Shown here: piece by piece, positions 49,973-62,425 of the stretch | How positions within the stretch are numbered: the first letter of the stretch is position 1 | How the letters are laid out: the number at the start of each line of letters is the position of its first letter | NCBI GenBank assembly: GCA_038087875.1 | Contig: CM075998.1 | Coordinates: forward strand, 3,536,001 to 3,600,000 | Length of the DNA stretch: 64,000 nucleotides | From: Malacoraja senta | Lineage: Eukaryota | Direction of reading: 5' to 3' | Notes under the pieces: model-generated | Database searches by the model: none | The model's input: the letters and a program-made list of their open reading frames with translations, nothing else | What the model was told of the DNA's origin: nothing | Made by a program: the position numbers and the translations under genes

Positions 49973-50508
49973 ACAATAGACAATAGACAATAGACAATAA
50001 GTGCAGGAGTAGGCCATTCGACCCTTCGAGCCAGCACCGCCATTCAATGTGATCATGGCTGATCATCCCCAATCAGTACCCCGTTCCTGCCTACTCCCCA
50101 TATCCTCTGACTCCGCTATTTTTAAGAGCCCTATCTAGCTCTCTCTTGAAAGCATCCAGAGAACCTGCCTCCACCGCCCTCGTGAGGCAGAGAATTCCAC
50201 AGACTCACCACTCTCTGTGAGAAAAAGTGTTTCCTCATCTCCGTTCTAAATGGCTTACTCCTTATTCTTAAACTGTGGCCCCTGGTTCTGGACTCCCCCA
50301 ACATCGGGAACATGTTTCCTGCCTCTGGCGTGTCCAAACCCTTAACAATCTTATATGTTTCAATGAGATACCCTCTCATCCTTCTAAACTCCAGAGTGTA
50401 CAAGCCCAGCTGTTCCATTCTCTCAGCATATGACAGTCCCGCCATCCCGGGAATTAACCTTGTAAACCTACGCTGCACTCCCTCAATAGCATGAATGTCC
50501 TTCCTCAA
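49973..50508 (-). mobile_element. CR1 LINE 3' end
   Basis: ORF 50131-50508; ATTGTCT tail. Confidence 0.9.
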
Positions 50509-51649
50509 AGAGCATCAGGGGAAAGGGGTGAAAGGGGTATGAGAGATATAGATGGTGATACAAGTATAGAGAGATATGGAATAAATGAATGAAAGATAGA
50601 CACAAAATGCCAGAGTAACTCAGCGGGACAGGCAGCATCTATAGAGAGAAGGAATGGGTGACGCTTTGGGTCGAGACCCCTCTTCAAACTGGTCTGCTCC
50701 CTCCCTGGGTAGTTTTTCCCCTCCCTGACCCGCAGTCTGAAGTATAGTCTCGACCCGAAACCTCACCCCGTACTTCTCTCCAGAGATGCTGCCTGTCCCG
50801 CTGAGTTACTCCAGCATTTTGTGTCTATCTTCGGTGTAAACCAGCATCTGCAGTTCCATCTTACTGAAACAATAGTCAGGTCCCTTAATCAAGCAGGCTA
50901 GTACCCCATCGAACCAGTGCAGCTTACAGCTAGCAGCCCAAAAGAAGCCTCTTGTAACTGCGCCCATCTCTCAGCTTGCTTCAGTGGAATGAAAGCCTTA
51001 AGGAGAGGAAAAGCGGTTGGATACAATTTCCCCTCAGACATGGAGTTATTAAACTTGCACACCAGACAACAACATACTTTGTCACCCTCTCTCTCGACTC
51101 CTTTGTGCCAAGTGGCAAGTGGCCAGTGTCAATCCTTCAAGGGCCGAGTGAATGCTGAAACCCTTCATTCATTGAACAATGAAGCTTCTATGTATAACCG
51201 CACGGCGCAGCCTCCCTGAGGTAGGATTAAACCCTTAAGACGTGCAAGTGAAGCCAGCACACGCAGGGCGAACCATCAGATAACAAGTAGCAGGAACAAT
51301 ACCAGGAAAGAGAGGACTGTATCGCTCAAAGCCGATCCACCCTGGCTTTGAAGAATAGGCGACAGTATTGAGAGCTGTCTCGGAGGCAGACCACTTGTGT
51401 ATAAGACATTAGTTCAGAATGATGGGCATTGAACTGAACAGTGAACCCAGATAGACACAAAATGCTGGAGTAACTCAGCGGGACAGGCAGCACCTCTGGA
51501 GAGAAGGAATGGGTGACGTTTCGGGTCGAGACCCTTCTTCAGACTTCTTCAGTGAACCCACAGCTGATTCAGAAGCTTATGTGCAGGAAGGTAACTGCAG
51601 ATGCAGTTTGAATTCTTATTCTTAAACTGCAGTTTAAGAATAAGAGTTA

Positions 51650-52006
51650 AAGCCCTGTCCCACTGTACGAGTTCATTCCAAGAGCTCTCCTGAGTTTGTC
51701 CTGATTCGAACTCGGAGATTTACGGTGATGGCCACTCGTCGGTACTCGGGGCTCTCGTGGACATTTTTTAATGTCCTCTTTCTCCATCACATTTTTTAAC
51801 ATGTTGAAAAATCTTCATGAGTCTTCCCGTGCTTACCTGCCGTTAGCGAGTCTTCCCGAGTACCTGCCGTTAGCGTTGCGAGCCGCGAAGAGACGTCCCC
51901 GAGCTCCGACGTACCCGCTACGTTCATTCTCCGTGCTTACCACGAGTTTGATTTTTTTAAACTCGGGAGAGCTCTTGGAATGAACTCGTACTGTGGGACA
52001 GGGCTT
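51650..52006. mobile_element. Harbinger-like MITE inside a CR1 fragment
   Basis: AAGCCCTGTCCCAC / GTGGGACAGGGCTT, TTA TSD. Confidence 0.82.
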
Positions 52007-52262
52007 TTAGGCCATTTAGATGAGGAAAAAACCAGGGAGTTGTGAATCTGTGGTATTCTCTGCCACAGAAGGCAGTGGAGGCAAATTCACTGGATGTTTT
52101 CAAGAGAGAGTTGGATTTAGCTCTTAGGGCTAAGGGAATCAAGGGATATGGGGAGAAAGCAGGAATGGGGTACTGATTCTGGATGATGAGCCATGATCAT
52201 ATTGGATGGCGGTGCTGGCTCGAAGCATCTGCAGTTCCTTCTTACACATGTTCAGAAAGCAA

Positions 52263-52358
52263 TAGAGACTTGGAGGGAAATGGGCCAATTTCAAAAGGGC
52301 ACCCAGAATCTATTGTGTGGACCCTTTTGAAATTGGCCCATTTCCCTCCAAGTCTCTA
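52263..52358. repeat. Perfect 37-bp inverted repeat with a 22-nt loop
   Basis: 52263-52299 is the reverse complement of 52322-52358. Confidence 0.95.
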
Positions 52359-53200
52359 GGGCACCCAGAATCTTTTCTTATTCCAATGGATGGAGTTGAA
52401 TGTGGACAAAGAGCTCCATACGTTGGAGTACTGTGAGCAATTCTGGGCCCCATTTCTGAGGAAGGATGTGCTGACTGCATCGCTGGAGTTCAAAAGGACG
52501 AGGGGGGGACCTCATTGAAACGTACCGAATCGTGAAAGGCCTGGATCGAGTGGACGCGGAGATGATGTTTCCACCAGTGGGAGAGTCTAGGACCAGAGGG
52601 CTCAGCCATGGATAAAAGGACGTACCTTTAGAAAGGTGATGAGGAATTTCTTCAGTCAGAGGGTGGTGAATCTGTAGAATTGCCACAGACGATGGTGGAG
52701 GCCCTGAATGGATATATCCACGTGGCTAACAGTTGTGGCACAGTGCAATGGTTGATATTCCACTCCCCTTTACTCTCATTTTTTAATCTCCATATTCTCG
52801 CTTCTTTCTCTTTATTCTTTCCCTCTTTCTCCATCACTATTTGTCTCACTATCTCTTTCTCTCTATATCTCCTTTCTTCTCTCGATCGCTCTCTCTCTTT
52901 CTATCTCCCATTCTTTTTCTCTATCTGTCTATTGCCTGCTTCATCCACCCCCCCCCCCCCCACCTCTCGCCCTCTCTCTCTCTCTCTTGTTGCAAATAGT
53001 ACAACAGTGACTGCACTTTGGTGGCGTTTAAGAGGCTTTTAGATCGACACATGGATAGAGTCATAGAGTGATACAGTGTGGAAACAGGCCCTTCGGCCCA
53101 ACTTGCCCACACTGGCCAACATGTCCCATCTACACTAGTCCCACCTGCCTGTGTTTGGTCCATATCCCTCCAAACCTGTCCAATCCATGTACCTGTCTAA

Positions 53201-53550
53201 AGGGCCTGTCCCACGGGCATGCGACTCCATGCGGCAAGCGTGACCTAACCGCAAGCGGGGGCCGTGCGGGGGCCGCGCGGAGGTCGCGGGGCCGGTCCCA
53301 CTTCGATCGCCGGAGCCATATGGAGTTGTGAGGAGCTGGTCCCGAAATCGCGCGGGGCTCCGAAAAACTGACCGTGTTCAAAAATTCCATGCGGCAACGG
53401 CCTGCCGGCCCGTGCGCGCCGCATCGACGGCCGTGCGCACTGCCTCGTCGCCGGATGCACCGTCTTGACGGCACTCGACCTCCGCGCGGCCCCCGCTTGC
53501 GGTTAGGTCGCGCTTGCCGCATGGAGTCGCATGCCCGTGGGACAGGCCCT
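53201..53550. mobile_element. PIF/Harbinger-like MITE inserted in a CR1 tail
   Basis: TIRs; the empty site CCTGTCTAACTG is visible in the paralogue at ~57799-57810, which shows a 3-bp TWA TSD. Confidence 0.9.
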
Positions 53551-55714
53551 TTACTGCTTCTTAAACGTTGGGATAGTCCCAGCCTCAACTACCTCCTCTG
53601 GCAGCTCTTCCATACACCCACCAGCCTTTGAGTGGAAAAAGGTACCCCTCAGATTCCTATTAAATGTGCAGGGAATGGAGGGATATGGATCACGTGCAGG
53701 CAGAGGGAATTAGTTTAACTTGGCATCGTGTCCAGCACGGACATTGTGGGCTGAAGGGCCCGTGTAGTTCAGCTTAGTTTAGAGGCAAGTTTTGTTTTGA
53801 CACAGATGCTTGGAATGCTCTGCCAGAGGTGGTGGTGGAGGCAGATTAAGGAGGCTTTCAGATACCGACATGAATATGGATCACGTGCAGGCATGTTCGG
53901 GCACGGACTTTGTGGGCCGAAGGGCCTGTTCCTGCGCTGTACTGTTCTATTTTGAAGTGGCCACATTTCAAATGCTTCGCGATGTCCCGAGGTTGTGAGG
54001 GGGGGGGAGGCTGCAGAAATCCGATTCCTTTTCTTCATCTACAGCCAAAGAGGCTGCAAATCGTTTGGCCTGTTCGCAGACGTTAGCTGGAGTTTCTAAC
54101 CGTGAATGGGCCGCCAACAGGTTTGATCATTCTCAAGCCGATGAAGAGAGTGAGGGGTGCCGAAAGGCAGTTGGTGAGAGTCCAACTGGCCAGCAGGAGA
54201 GGTTGCACCAGTGAAGCCCACAATGCGAGTCAGCCGGGCGGCCATTTTGAAACAGGGACATTGCATACACTTCAAGACCGGTATTGCCACGTGAAGGAAG
54301 GAACTGCAGATGCTGGCTGAAAGCATTTAGGACTGAGATGAGGAAAAACCTTTCCACCCACAGAGTTGTGCATCTGCGGAATTCTCTGCCACAGAAGGCA
54401 GTGGAGGCCGATTCGCTGGATGTTTTCAAGAGAGAGTTAGATCTAGCTCTGAGGGCTAACGGAATCAAGGGATATGGGGAGAAAGCGGGAACGGTGTACT
54501 GATTGTAGATGACCAGCCATGATCACATTGGATGGCGGTGCTGGCTCGAAGGGCCGAATGGCCTACTCCTGCACCTGCTTTCTATGTTTCTATGCTGGAT
54601 TACACCGAAGATAGACACTAAATGCTAGAGTAACTCAGCGGGCCAGGCGGATTGAAGGAATGGGTGATGTTTCGGGTTGATACCATTCTTCAGACTGAGG
54701 ATGGGTGACGTTTCGGGGCGAGACCCTTCTGGTATTACTATGCTGGTTTTCACAGCTAACAATGGCCTGTCTATCATCGTGACTTTTTTTGCATATCTTT
54801 CATTCATTTGTTCTACTGCATAATCTCTCATTTTCCTTTCATCCCCCCGACTCTCAGTCTGAAGAAGGGTCTCGACCCAAAAACGTCACCCAGTCCTTCT
54901 CTCCAGAGTTGCTGCCTGACCCGCTGAGTTACCCCAGCTTTTTGTGTCTGTCTTCAGTTTGAACCAGCACCTGCAGTTCCTTCCTAAACATTGCGTTCAA
55001 TAAAACCTATTTGGACTTCAGCCTTTTCTTTAACCATTTACTGCTCTATAATTCTTTAACTTAAAAATCACTTATCATTTGGAGAGGGGGCGCCAATTCC
55101 AAGGCCAATGTATCGCCCACCTTCCATTGCTCATGACCTGAAGCATAATGCAGGATAAAGAGGGAAGATTCTCACTCATAAAATATATCAGTGACCTCAA
55201 TGAGTTTCTGTTACAATCCAGTTGCCACCATTACGTTTTAGTTTAGTTTAGAGAGACTGTGTGGAAACAGGGCCCTTCAGCCCACCGAGTCCACGCAGCC
55301 CAGCGATCACCCCGTACACTAATTCTATCGGAGTCTTCTTCTTTTCGTGTCCATCTTGTTTCAAATGTTGGCCTCGCTGTCATCGTCCGTCCTGAAAAGG
55401 ACGCAAGCTTCCGGCGACAATCAGTGGGAGCCATCACTTGTCGCAATAGATGATGGTGGTGGCAGAATTAGCTCGGGATACTCCAAGTTTCCAGCCCCGC
55501 GACGTGGTCGCTTCTGCTACGGGGCCATTCTATCGTAGTAACTCAGCGGGTCAGGCAGCATCTCTGGGGAGAAGGAATGGGTGACGTTTCGGGTCGAGAC
55601 CCTTCTTCAGGCAGTGTAACAGGCTCGCCAACAATTCATGGGTGCATTGTTTGAAGGGGAACAATGAATGAAGTTAACCCATTGTAAGAGGATGATTTGA
55701 ATTGTTTGGTTCAG

Positions 55715-55988
55715 TTTAGTTCAGTTTAGTTCAGCGATACAGTGTGGAAACAGGCCCCACACCGACAAGCAATCACCCTGTACACTAATTCTATCCTACA
55801 CTCGAGGGACAATTTACACACATACCTGCACGTCTTTGGGATGTGGGAGGAAACCGGAGCCCCCGGTGAAAACGTACCCCCGGTCACAGGCTACAAACTC
55901 CGTACAGACAGCACCCGTGGTCAGGATCGAACCCGGGTCCCTGGCGCTGTGAGGCAGCAAACTCTACCGCTGCACCACCGTGCCGCCC
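55715..55988 (-). mobile_element. HE1-like SINE
   Basis: Matches the in-window SINE consensus. Confidence 0.8.
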
Positions 55989-56043
55989 TACTGATATAAG
56001 TGTTTGACCGAGCCTGGTTGGATTTGAAGAGACGGCTCAATGG

Positions 56044-56525
56044 GTATTGTCAAGCTGGAAAGGGTGCAGAGAAGACTTACAGGGATGTGGTCAGGACTAG
56101 AGGGCCTGAGCTATAGGGCTCGGACTTTATTCCCTGATGCGTAGGAGGATGAGGGGATGATCTTACAGCGATGCATAAGATCATGAGGGAAATAGATAGA
56201 GTGAATGAACGCACATAGTCTTTTACCCAGAGTTGGGGAATCAAGAACCAGAGGACATGGAGCTAAGGTTAGAGGGGAAAGATTTAATAGGAACCCGAGG
56301 GCGTACCTCTTTTACACAGAGGGTGGTGGGTGTATGGAACGAGTGGCAGGGGAGGCAGTTGAGGCTGGGACTATCACAGCATCTAAAAAACACTTGGACA
56401 GGTGCATGGATAGGACAGGTTTGGAGGGATATGGGCCAAACGCAGGCAGGCCCTGGGACGTGCGTAGATGGGGCATGTTGGTGGTCGGTGTGGGCAAGTT
56501 GGGCCGAAGGGCCTGTTTCCACGCC
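56044..56525 (+). mobile_element. Degraded CR1 3' end
   Basis: SLLPRVGESRTRGH..FNRN. Confidence 0.8.
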
Positions 56526-56674
56526 GACTAGCACATGTTGTGGCTTTGACACATTGTATGAGGAACGCATTGATTTGCGAGCACAATGAATGCGGAGAAA
56601 GTCGTGTCCCCAAAAGGATTTCCTGTATATATTCCAATGAATAAAATATATTTTTATAACAAGAAAAAAAGTTT

Positions 56675-56880
56675 GAGTTAACTCTGGAAGGTCATCGGCT
56701 GGTGAAAGACGTGCTTTGGTGAGGCCGGAACAGGTCGGCCTCCCCGGCAGGGCGAGATGTCCGTAGGGGAATGTTGCCGCCTGGCCCGCTCCACACTGCA
56801 GGAGTGTACGTGCTGAGGGATGCACTGAAGACTCGTGCAGACAACGCCAAGGCTCTGTGGTGGAGGACCACAGTCTAGGG
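56675..56880 (+). mobile_element. L1/Tx1-like LINE ORF2 C-terminal remnant
   Basis: EMSVGECCRLARSTLQE.VLRDALK...AKALW.RTTV*. Confidence 0.55.
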
Positions 56881-57030
56881 TCCTGTCACCTCTGGTCACT
56901 GCAGTGCTGGGCCCTGTGTGTAGGAAGGAACTGCAGATGCTGGTTTAAACCGAAGATAGACAGAAAGTGCTGGGGTAACTCAGCGGGACAGGCAGCATCT
57001 CTGGCGAGAAGGAACGGGTGACGTTTCGGG

Positions 57031-57173
57031 TTCTTCTTCTTCTTGCGTGTGGCGTGCACAGCCTAAAGTTGTAGGACAACCTGTTCTATTTGATCTTACT
57101 TGATTGTGCACGCCAGGTTGATTGCATTCGTCGAAACAGGGTGGACCACGTGAAGGTTGCAATCTCCCACCCC
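57031..57173 (-). mobile_element. Short ribozyme-headed retroposon, copy 2 (intact), with TSD
   Basis: TSD ACGTTTCGGG at 57021-57030 and 57174-57183; (AAG)n tail; 10-bp 3' stem. Confidence 0.88.
57120..57173 (-). ncRNA. HDV-like (CPEB3-type) self-cleaving ribozyme, minimal P4
   Basis: GGGGUGG GA GAUUGCA ACC UUCACGU GGU CCACCCU G U UUCG A CGAA UGCAAUC: P1, P2, P3, L3, P1.1 and J4/2 all present in the correct order. Confidence 0.8.
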
Positions 57174-59631
57174 ACGTTTCGGGTTGAGACCCTTCTTCAG
57201 ACCTTCAGACCTTCACGAAACGTCAGCCGTTCCTTCATCTCCAGAGATGCTGCCTGTCCCGCTGAGTTACTCCAGCTTTTTGTGTCTATCTTTGGCTTAA
57301 ACCAGCACCTGCAGTTCCTTGCGACATAGAACAGTACAGGACAGGAAAAAGCCCTTTGGCCCACGATGTTCGTGCCAAACATGATACCAAGTCCATTCTT
57401 ATCGACCGGCACATAATACACATCCCTCCATTCCCTGCATATCCATATGCCTATCCAAAAGTGTCTTGAATGCCACTATCGTATCAGCCTCAAACACCAC
57501 CCCTGGCAGCTCGTTCCAGGCACCCACCATCCTCTGCATTAAAAAACACTTTCTCTGCACTTTTCTCCTCTCACCGTAAAGCTATGCCCTCTAGTGGTTG
57601 ACCCTGGGAGAAAGGTTGTGACAGTCTACCCTCTCTCTGCCTCTCATGAGATTATATACTTAGAGTCATAGAGTGATACAGTGTGGAAACAGGCCCTTTG
57701 GCCCAACTATCCCACGCCGGCCAACAATGTCCCATCTACACTAGTCCCACCTGCCTGCGCTTGGTCCATATCCCTCCAAACCTGTCTCCATCCATGTACC
57801 TGTCTAACTGTTTCTTAAACGTTGGGATAGATCAGCCATGATTGAATGGCAGAGCCGGAGTAGACTAGATGGGCCAAAGGGCCTAATTCTACTCCAAACA
57901 CTTATGACTTTGGAATCTCGGAGGTTAAGGGGAGAACTTAATAGAAGTGTATAAAATGATGAGAAGCATCGATATGGTAGACAGTCAGAACCTTTTTCCC
58001 CAGGGTGGAAATGTCAAAGACCAGGTGAGAAGGGGAAGGTTTAGAGGAGGAGTGTAGGGCAGGTTTTTTTTTAACACAGATACCTGTATTTATTTATTTG
58101 TGTTTTAATTTTTTTAATTTACAACACATTCAAGCGAGCAAACATACATAGTATCACGATCAAAGGCTGCCTTTGTGGCAGTCTACAAAACAACAGTCAT
58201 CAAATTATAATATCATTACAATATACACTCGACCCCCCCACCCCCACGGCGACCAGCGTTCATGGACGGCCTCCAGAGTCCGCGTGTTCCTCCTCCAGGG
58301 ACACGTGGGCATGGACCGAGGCCCGGAAGAGGCGGAGGCAGCCGACTGCTGTGTGACCGTCGACTGCACGCTGCCTGAAATGGCCGCCATTTTTTTTTTG
58401 TATCGAAAATAATTGATTTGATTATGAACTCGATAGAAAAAAACGAAAATAAACAAAACCGTGGTGACATATTACAAAATCACCAAATTGTTCAGACTCT
58501 AGACTCCAAACTGCTATGTTACGAATATACTAAATAGCTATCATACAACTATGTCCCTCTCTAACACCACCCGGGCCCGGACGTAACCCCGGTAAACGGG
58601 GCAGGCAGCCGGCTCGGGCAAAGCCCTCTTCCGCCTGGAGCCGTGACTCAGCTTGGCCAGGACGCTGAGATCTGTGGGAGCCTGGATCTTGCTGCCAGGG
58701 TTGGTGATGGATATCAGTCTATCGAATCTTGGCTCCTGCTATCCCACTGTTCCATTTGACATTGTTATGAGACATTGATTGATGTGCAAAGTGTGTTTAT
58801 GCCCGGCATCTATCGGTGGCTGGTTTCGGTGTTCCTGGAAGAAATGATGCCATAGTTTCGTTGTGTTTGTGACCTGACCTGTTCCACAATACTCTTGAAA
58901 GCAGAAAGTTGACCATGGTCGACACCTCTTACTAACGCGGACTCGGGCTCAGTCCAACTCTTGTATCGGGGAGCAAATGGACTCTCGTGAATCCCATGGG
59001 GTTTTCCAGGGCATGTGAGGAGGGACGTGGGACTCTGGTTCCACACGTCACGCCAACACAAGCCACTCCTGATTTTAAGCCTTTGCTTATGGGCTTAAAC
59101 CCACAATGAGCAGCAAGGAACTGCGGAAAAGAGACACAAAATGCTGGAGGAACTCAGAGGGTCAGGCAGCATCTCTGGAGAAACGGAATAGGTGACATTT
59201 CAGTTCGAGATCCTTCTTCAGTCTGACTTGCCAATGCTGATCAGCATGTCCCATCTACACCAGTCCCACCTGCCTGCATTTGGTCCATATCCCTCCATGA
59301 GATATGCTATCCAAAATGCTCCCAACACTTCTGAATCCTGTGGTCACTATTCCCAGTGACATAATCCCGAAGGGTCCCCAGATGAACACTCATGTTGCAC
59401 TGTTCATGTCGACCGCTCTTGCAATGAGACTGGCGTTCACATCGGAAGGCCCTGCAACTCCACGTTTGTGTTGAAGCTACATCCGATCCTCCTCCCACCC
59501 TCCTCCCTCTCGACCACTCAGCATATCCTACCATCCCCACCTCCCGCTTCTATTTATCCATCCTGCCCTCAAATACCCGCTGGCCCATTCCACATCTTTG
59601 CCATTCTCCTGTGCTCTGGAACGTAGGACAG

Positions 59632-59990
59632 TCATAAGTTCAGAAGTGTTAGGAGCAGAATTAGGCCATTCGGCCCATCAAGTCTACTCCGCCATTCAAT
59701 CGTGGCTGATCTAACTCTCCCTCCCAACCCCATTCTCCTGCCTTCTCCTCATAACCCCTGACACCCGTACTAATCAATAAACCATCTATGTCCGCCTTAA
59801 TAATATCCACTGACTTGGCCTCCACAGCCGTCTGTGGCAATGAATTCCATAGATTCCTCACCCTCTGACTAAAGAAATTCCTCCTCATCTACTTTCTTAA
59901 AATACGTCCTTCTATTCTGAGGCTGTGGCCTCTGGTCCTAAACTCTCCCACTAGTGGAAACATCCACTCGATCCAGGCCTTTCACCATTC
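59632..59990 (-). mobile_element. CR1 3' end
   Basis: MRRNFFSQRV.NLWNSLPQ. Confidence 0.8.
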
Positions 59991-60462
59991 GGCACAGTCC
60001 AGCACAGGAACAGGTCCTTCGGCCCACAATGTCCATGCCGGCCATGATGCCAATCTAAACTAACCTCATCTTCCTGAACGCCTACAATCCCTGCCCGTTC
60101 ACGTGTCTGTCTCAATTTCTCTCATATGTTGCCAGTGCATTTGCCTCCACCTCCCCACCTCCCCACCTCCCAGGAAGTGCGTTCCAGGCACCTCTTGAAT
60201 ATATTCGTGATTATCATTTTTACAGAGCATTCGAATAATTTGTTTCTTTCCACTTGCTCTACCTTCATTTTATCTTGTATTATTCATTTACAGCAGAGTT
60301 CGATGAAACGGGCATCACAGGTAGATAGGCTACCTATCAAAAAGGCTTTTTGGCATATTGGCCTTCTTTAATCAGACAATTGAGAGATGCTGCCTGTCCC
60401 GCTGAGTTACTCCAGCTTTTTGTGTCTATCTTAGACCAGCACCTGCAGTTCCTTCCTACACA

Positions 60463-61050
60463 TTGATTATAGAAGTTGGGAAGTCATGTTGCAGTTGTAT
60501 AAGACGTTGGTGAGGCCGCATTTAGAGTATTGTGTTCAGTTCTGGGCACCGTGTTCTAGGAAAGATGTCGTCAAGCTGGAAAGGGTTCAGAGAAGGTTTA
60601 CGAGGGTGTTGCCAGGACTCAGTGGTCTGAGCTACAGGGAGAGGTTGAGCAGGCTGGGACTCCATTCCCTGGGGTGCAGGAGGATGTGGGGTGATCTTAC
60701 TGATGTGCACAAAATCATGAGAGGAATAGATCGGGTAGATGCACAGAGTCTCTTGCCCAGAGTAGGGGAAATCGAGAACCAGAAGAGGTAGGTTTAAGGT
60801 GAAGGGGAAAAGATTTAATAGGAATCTGAGGGGTAACCTCTTCACACAAAGATGGTGGGTGTATGGAACGAGCTGTCGGAGGAGGTAGTTAAGGCTGGGA
60901 CTATCCCAATGTTTAAGGTACATGGATAGGACAGGTTTAGAGGGATATGGTTCAAACGCAGGCAGGTGGGACTAGTGTCAATGGGACATGTTGGTCGGTG
61001 TGAGCAAGTTGGGCCGAAGGGCCTGTTTCCAGGCTGTAAGACTCTATGAC
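60463..61050 (+). mobile_element. CR1 3' end
   Basis: LYKTLVRPHLEYCVQFWAP... Confidence 0.88.
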
Positions 61051-61702
61051 ATTGAAGAAGGCCATTCAGCCCATTGAGACCATGCTGACAAAGTAATCCC
61101 ATCCGTCTCCTAGCCCCCACCTAATCCCCTGTGCCTATTCCCCTTCACATTCTCGTCAACTCCAACCCCATTTTCCAAGCACCCAACAATGTTTTGCTGA
61201 CGTTTCTTCTCCGTGAACGACTATCCCTTCTCCATTCCCATTCCCATGAAGAACTTTCCTTCTCTCAGGCAACATATAAGGACGTCTCTTGAAAGAGGCC
61301 AAGCTATACCGAGATTTAGCTCTTCGAGCTAAAGGAATCAAGGGAGATGGGGGAAAAAGCAGGAACGGGGTACTGATTGGGGATGATCAGCCATGATGAT
61401 CAGCTGGCTCGAAGGGTCGAATGGCCTCTCCCTGCACCTATTTTTCTGTGTTTCTATGTTGTCTTGGCACGGTGCCCATCTCTGGCCAGCTTTGTACTTT
61501 GGTTCCAGGAGGTCTGGCTGAGAAGGGCTTTTAGTGGTTTACGTGGATACTTGGTCACGCAGGAAACGGCAGTTCATCGAGTTGTGCTGCCTCGGAAAAG
61601 TAACCAGAGAGATGGCTCACTGATCCCAGGAATTCCAATCGAGTTGGTGAATCAGTGTGGGTCAACACCACCAGGGTTTGAAGATTTTGACTTGACTACC
61701 AT

Positions 61703-61962
61703 GACAATAGACAATAGACAATAGGTGCAGGAGTCGGCCATTCGGCCCTTCGAGCCAGCACCGCCATTCAATGTGATCATGGCTGATCATCCCCAATCAG
61801 TACCCCGTTCCTGCCTTCTCCCCATATCCCCTGACTCCGCTATCTTTAAGAGCCCTATCTAGCTCTCTCTTGAAAGCATCCAGAGAACCGGCCTCCACCG
61901 CCCTCTGAGGCAGAGAATTCCACAGACTCACAACTCTCTGTGAGCAAAAGTGTTTCCTCGTC
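61703..61962 (-). mobile_element. CR1 3' end
   Basis: 3'UTR and ATTGTCT tail. Confidence 0.88.
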
Positions 61963-62135
61963 CTTACGATACAATGATACAATGATACAATTTATTTGTT
62001 GTCATTTGAACCTCATTGAGGTTCAAACGAAATTTGGTTTCTGCAGTCGTACAAACAAGAGAACATGACTCTAACCGGGTGCAAAATAAGACCCCACCCA
62101 CCCAACCTCCCACAGTGACTGTTCCTGTCATGTTG

Positions 62136-62425
62136 GGCGGCATGGTAGAGCTGCTGCCTTGCAGAGCCATGGACCCAGGTTCGATCCTGACTACAGGTGC
62201 TGTCTGTACGGAGTTTGTACGTTCTCCTCGTGACCCACGTGGGTTTTCTCCGGGTGCTCCGGTTTCCTCCCACACTCCAAAGACGTGCAGGTTTGTAGGT
62301 TAATGGGCTTGGGTATAAATTGTAAGTTGCCCCGATTGTGTAGGATAGTATGTGGATCGCTGGTCGGCGCGGACTCAAGGGGCCGAAGGGCCTGTTTTCG
62401 CGCTGTATCTCGAAACTGAACTAAA
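62136..62425 (+). mobile_element. HE1-like SINE
   Basis: B box GGTTCGATCC, core and tail. Confidence 0.82.
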
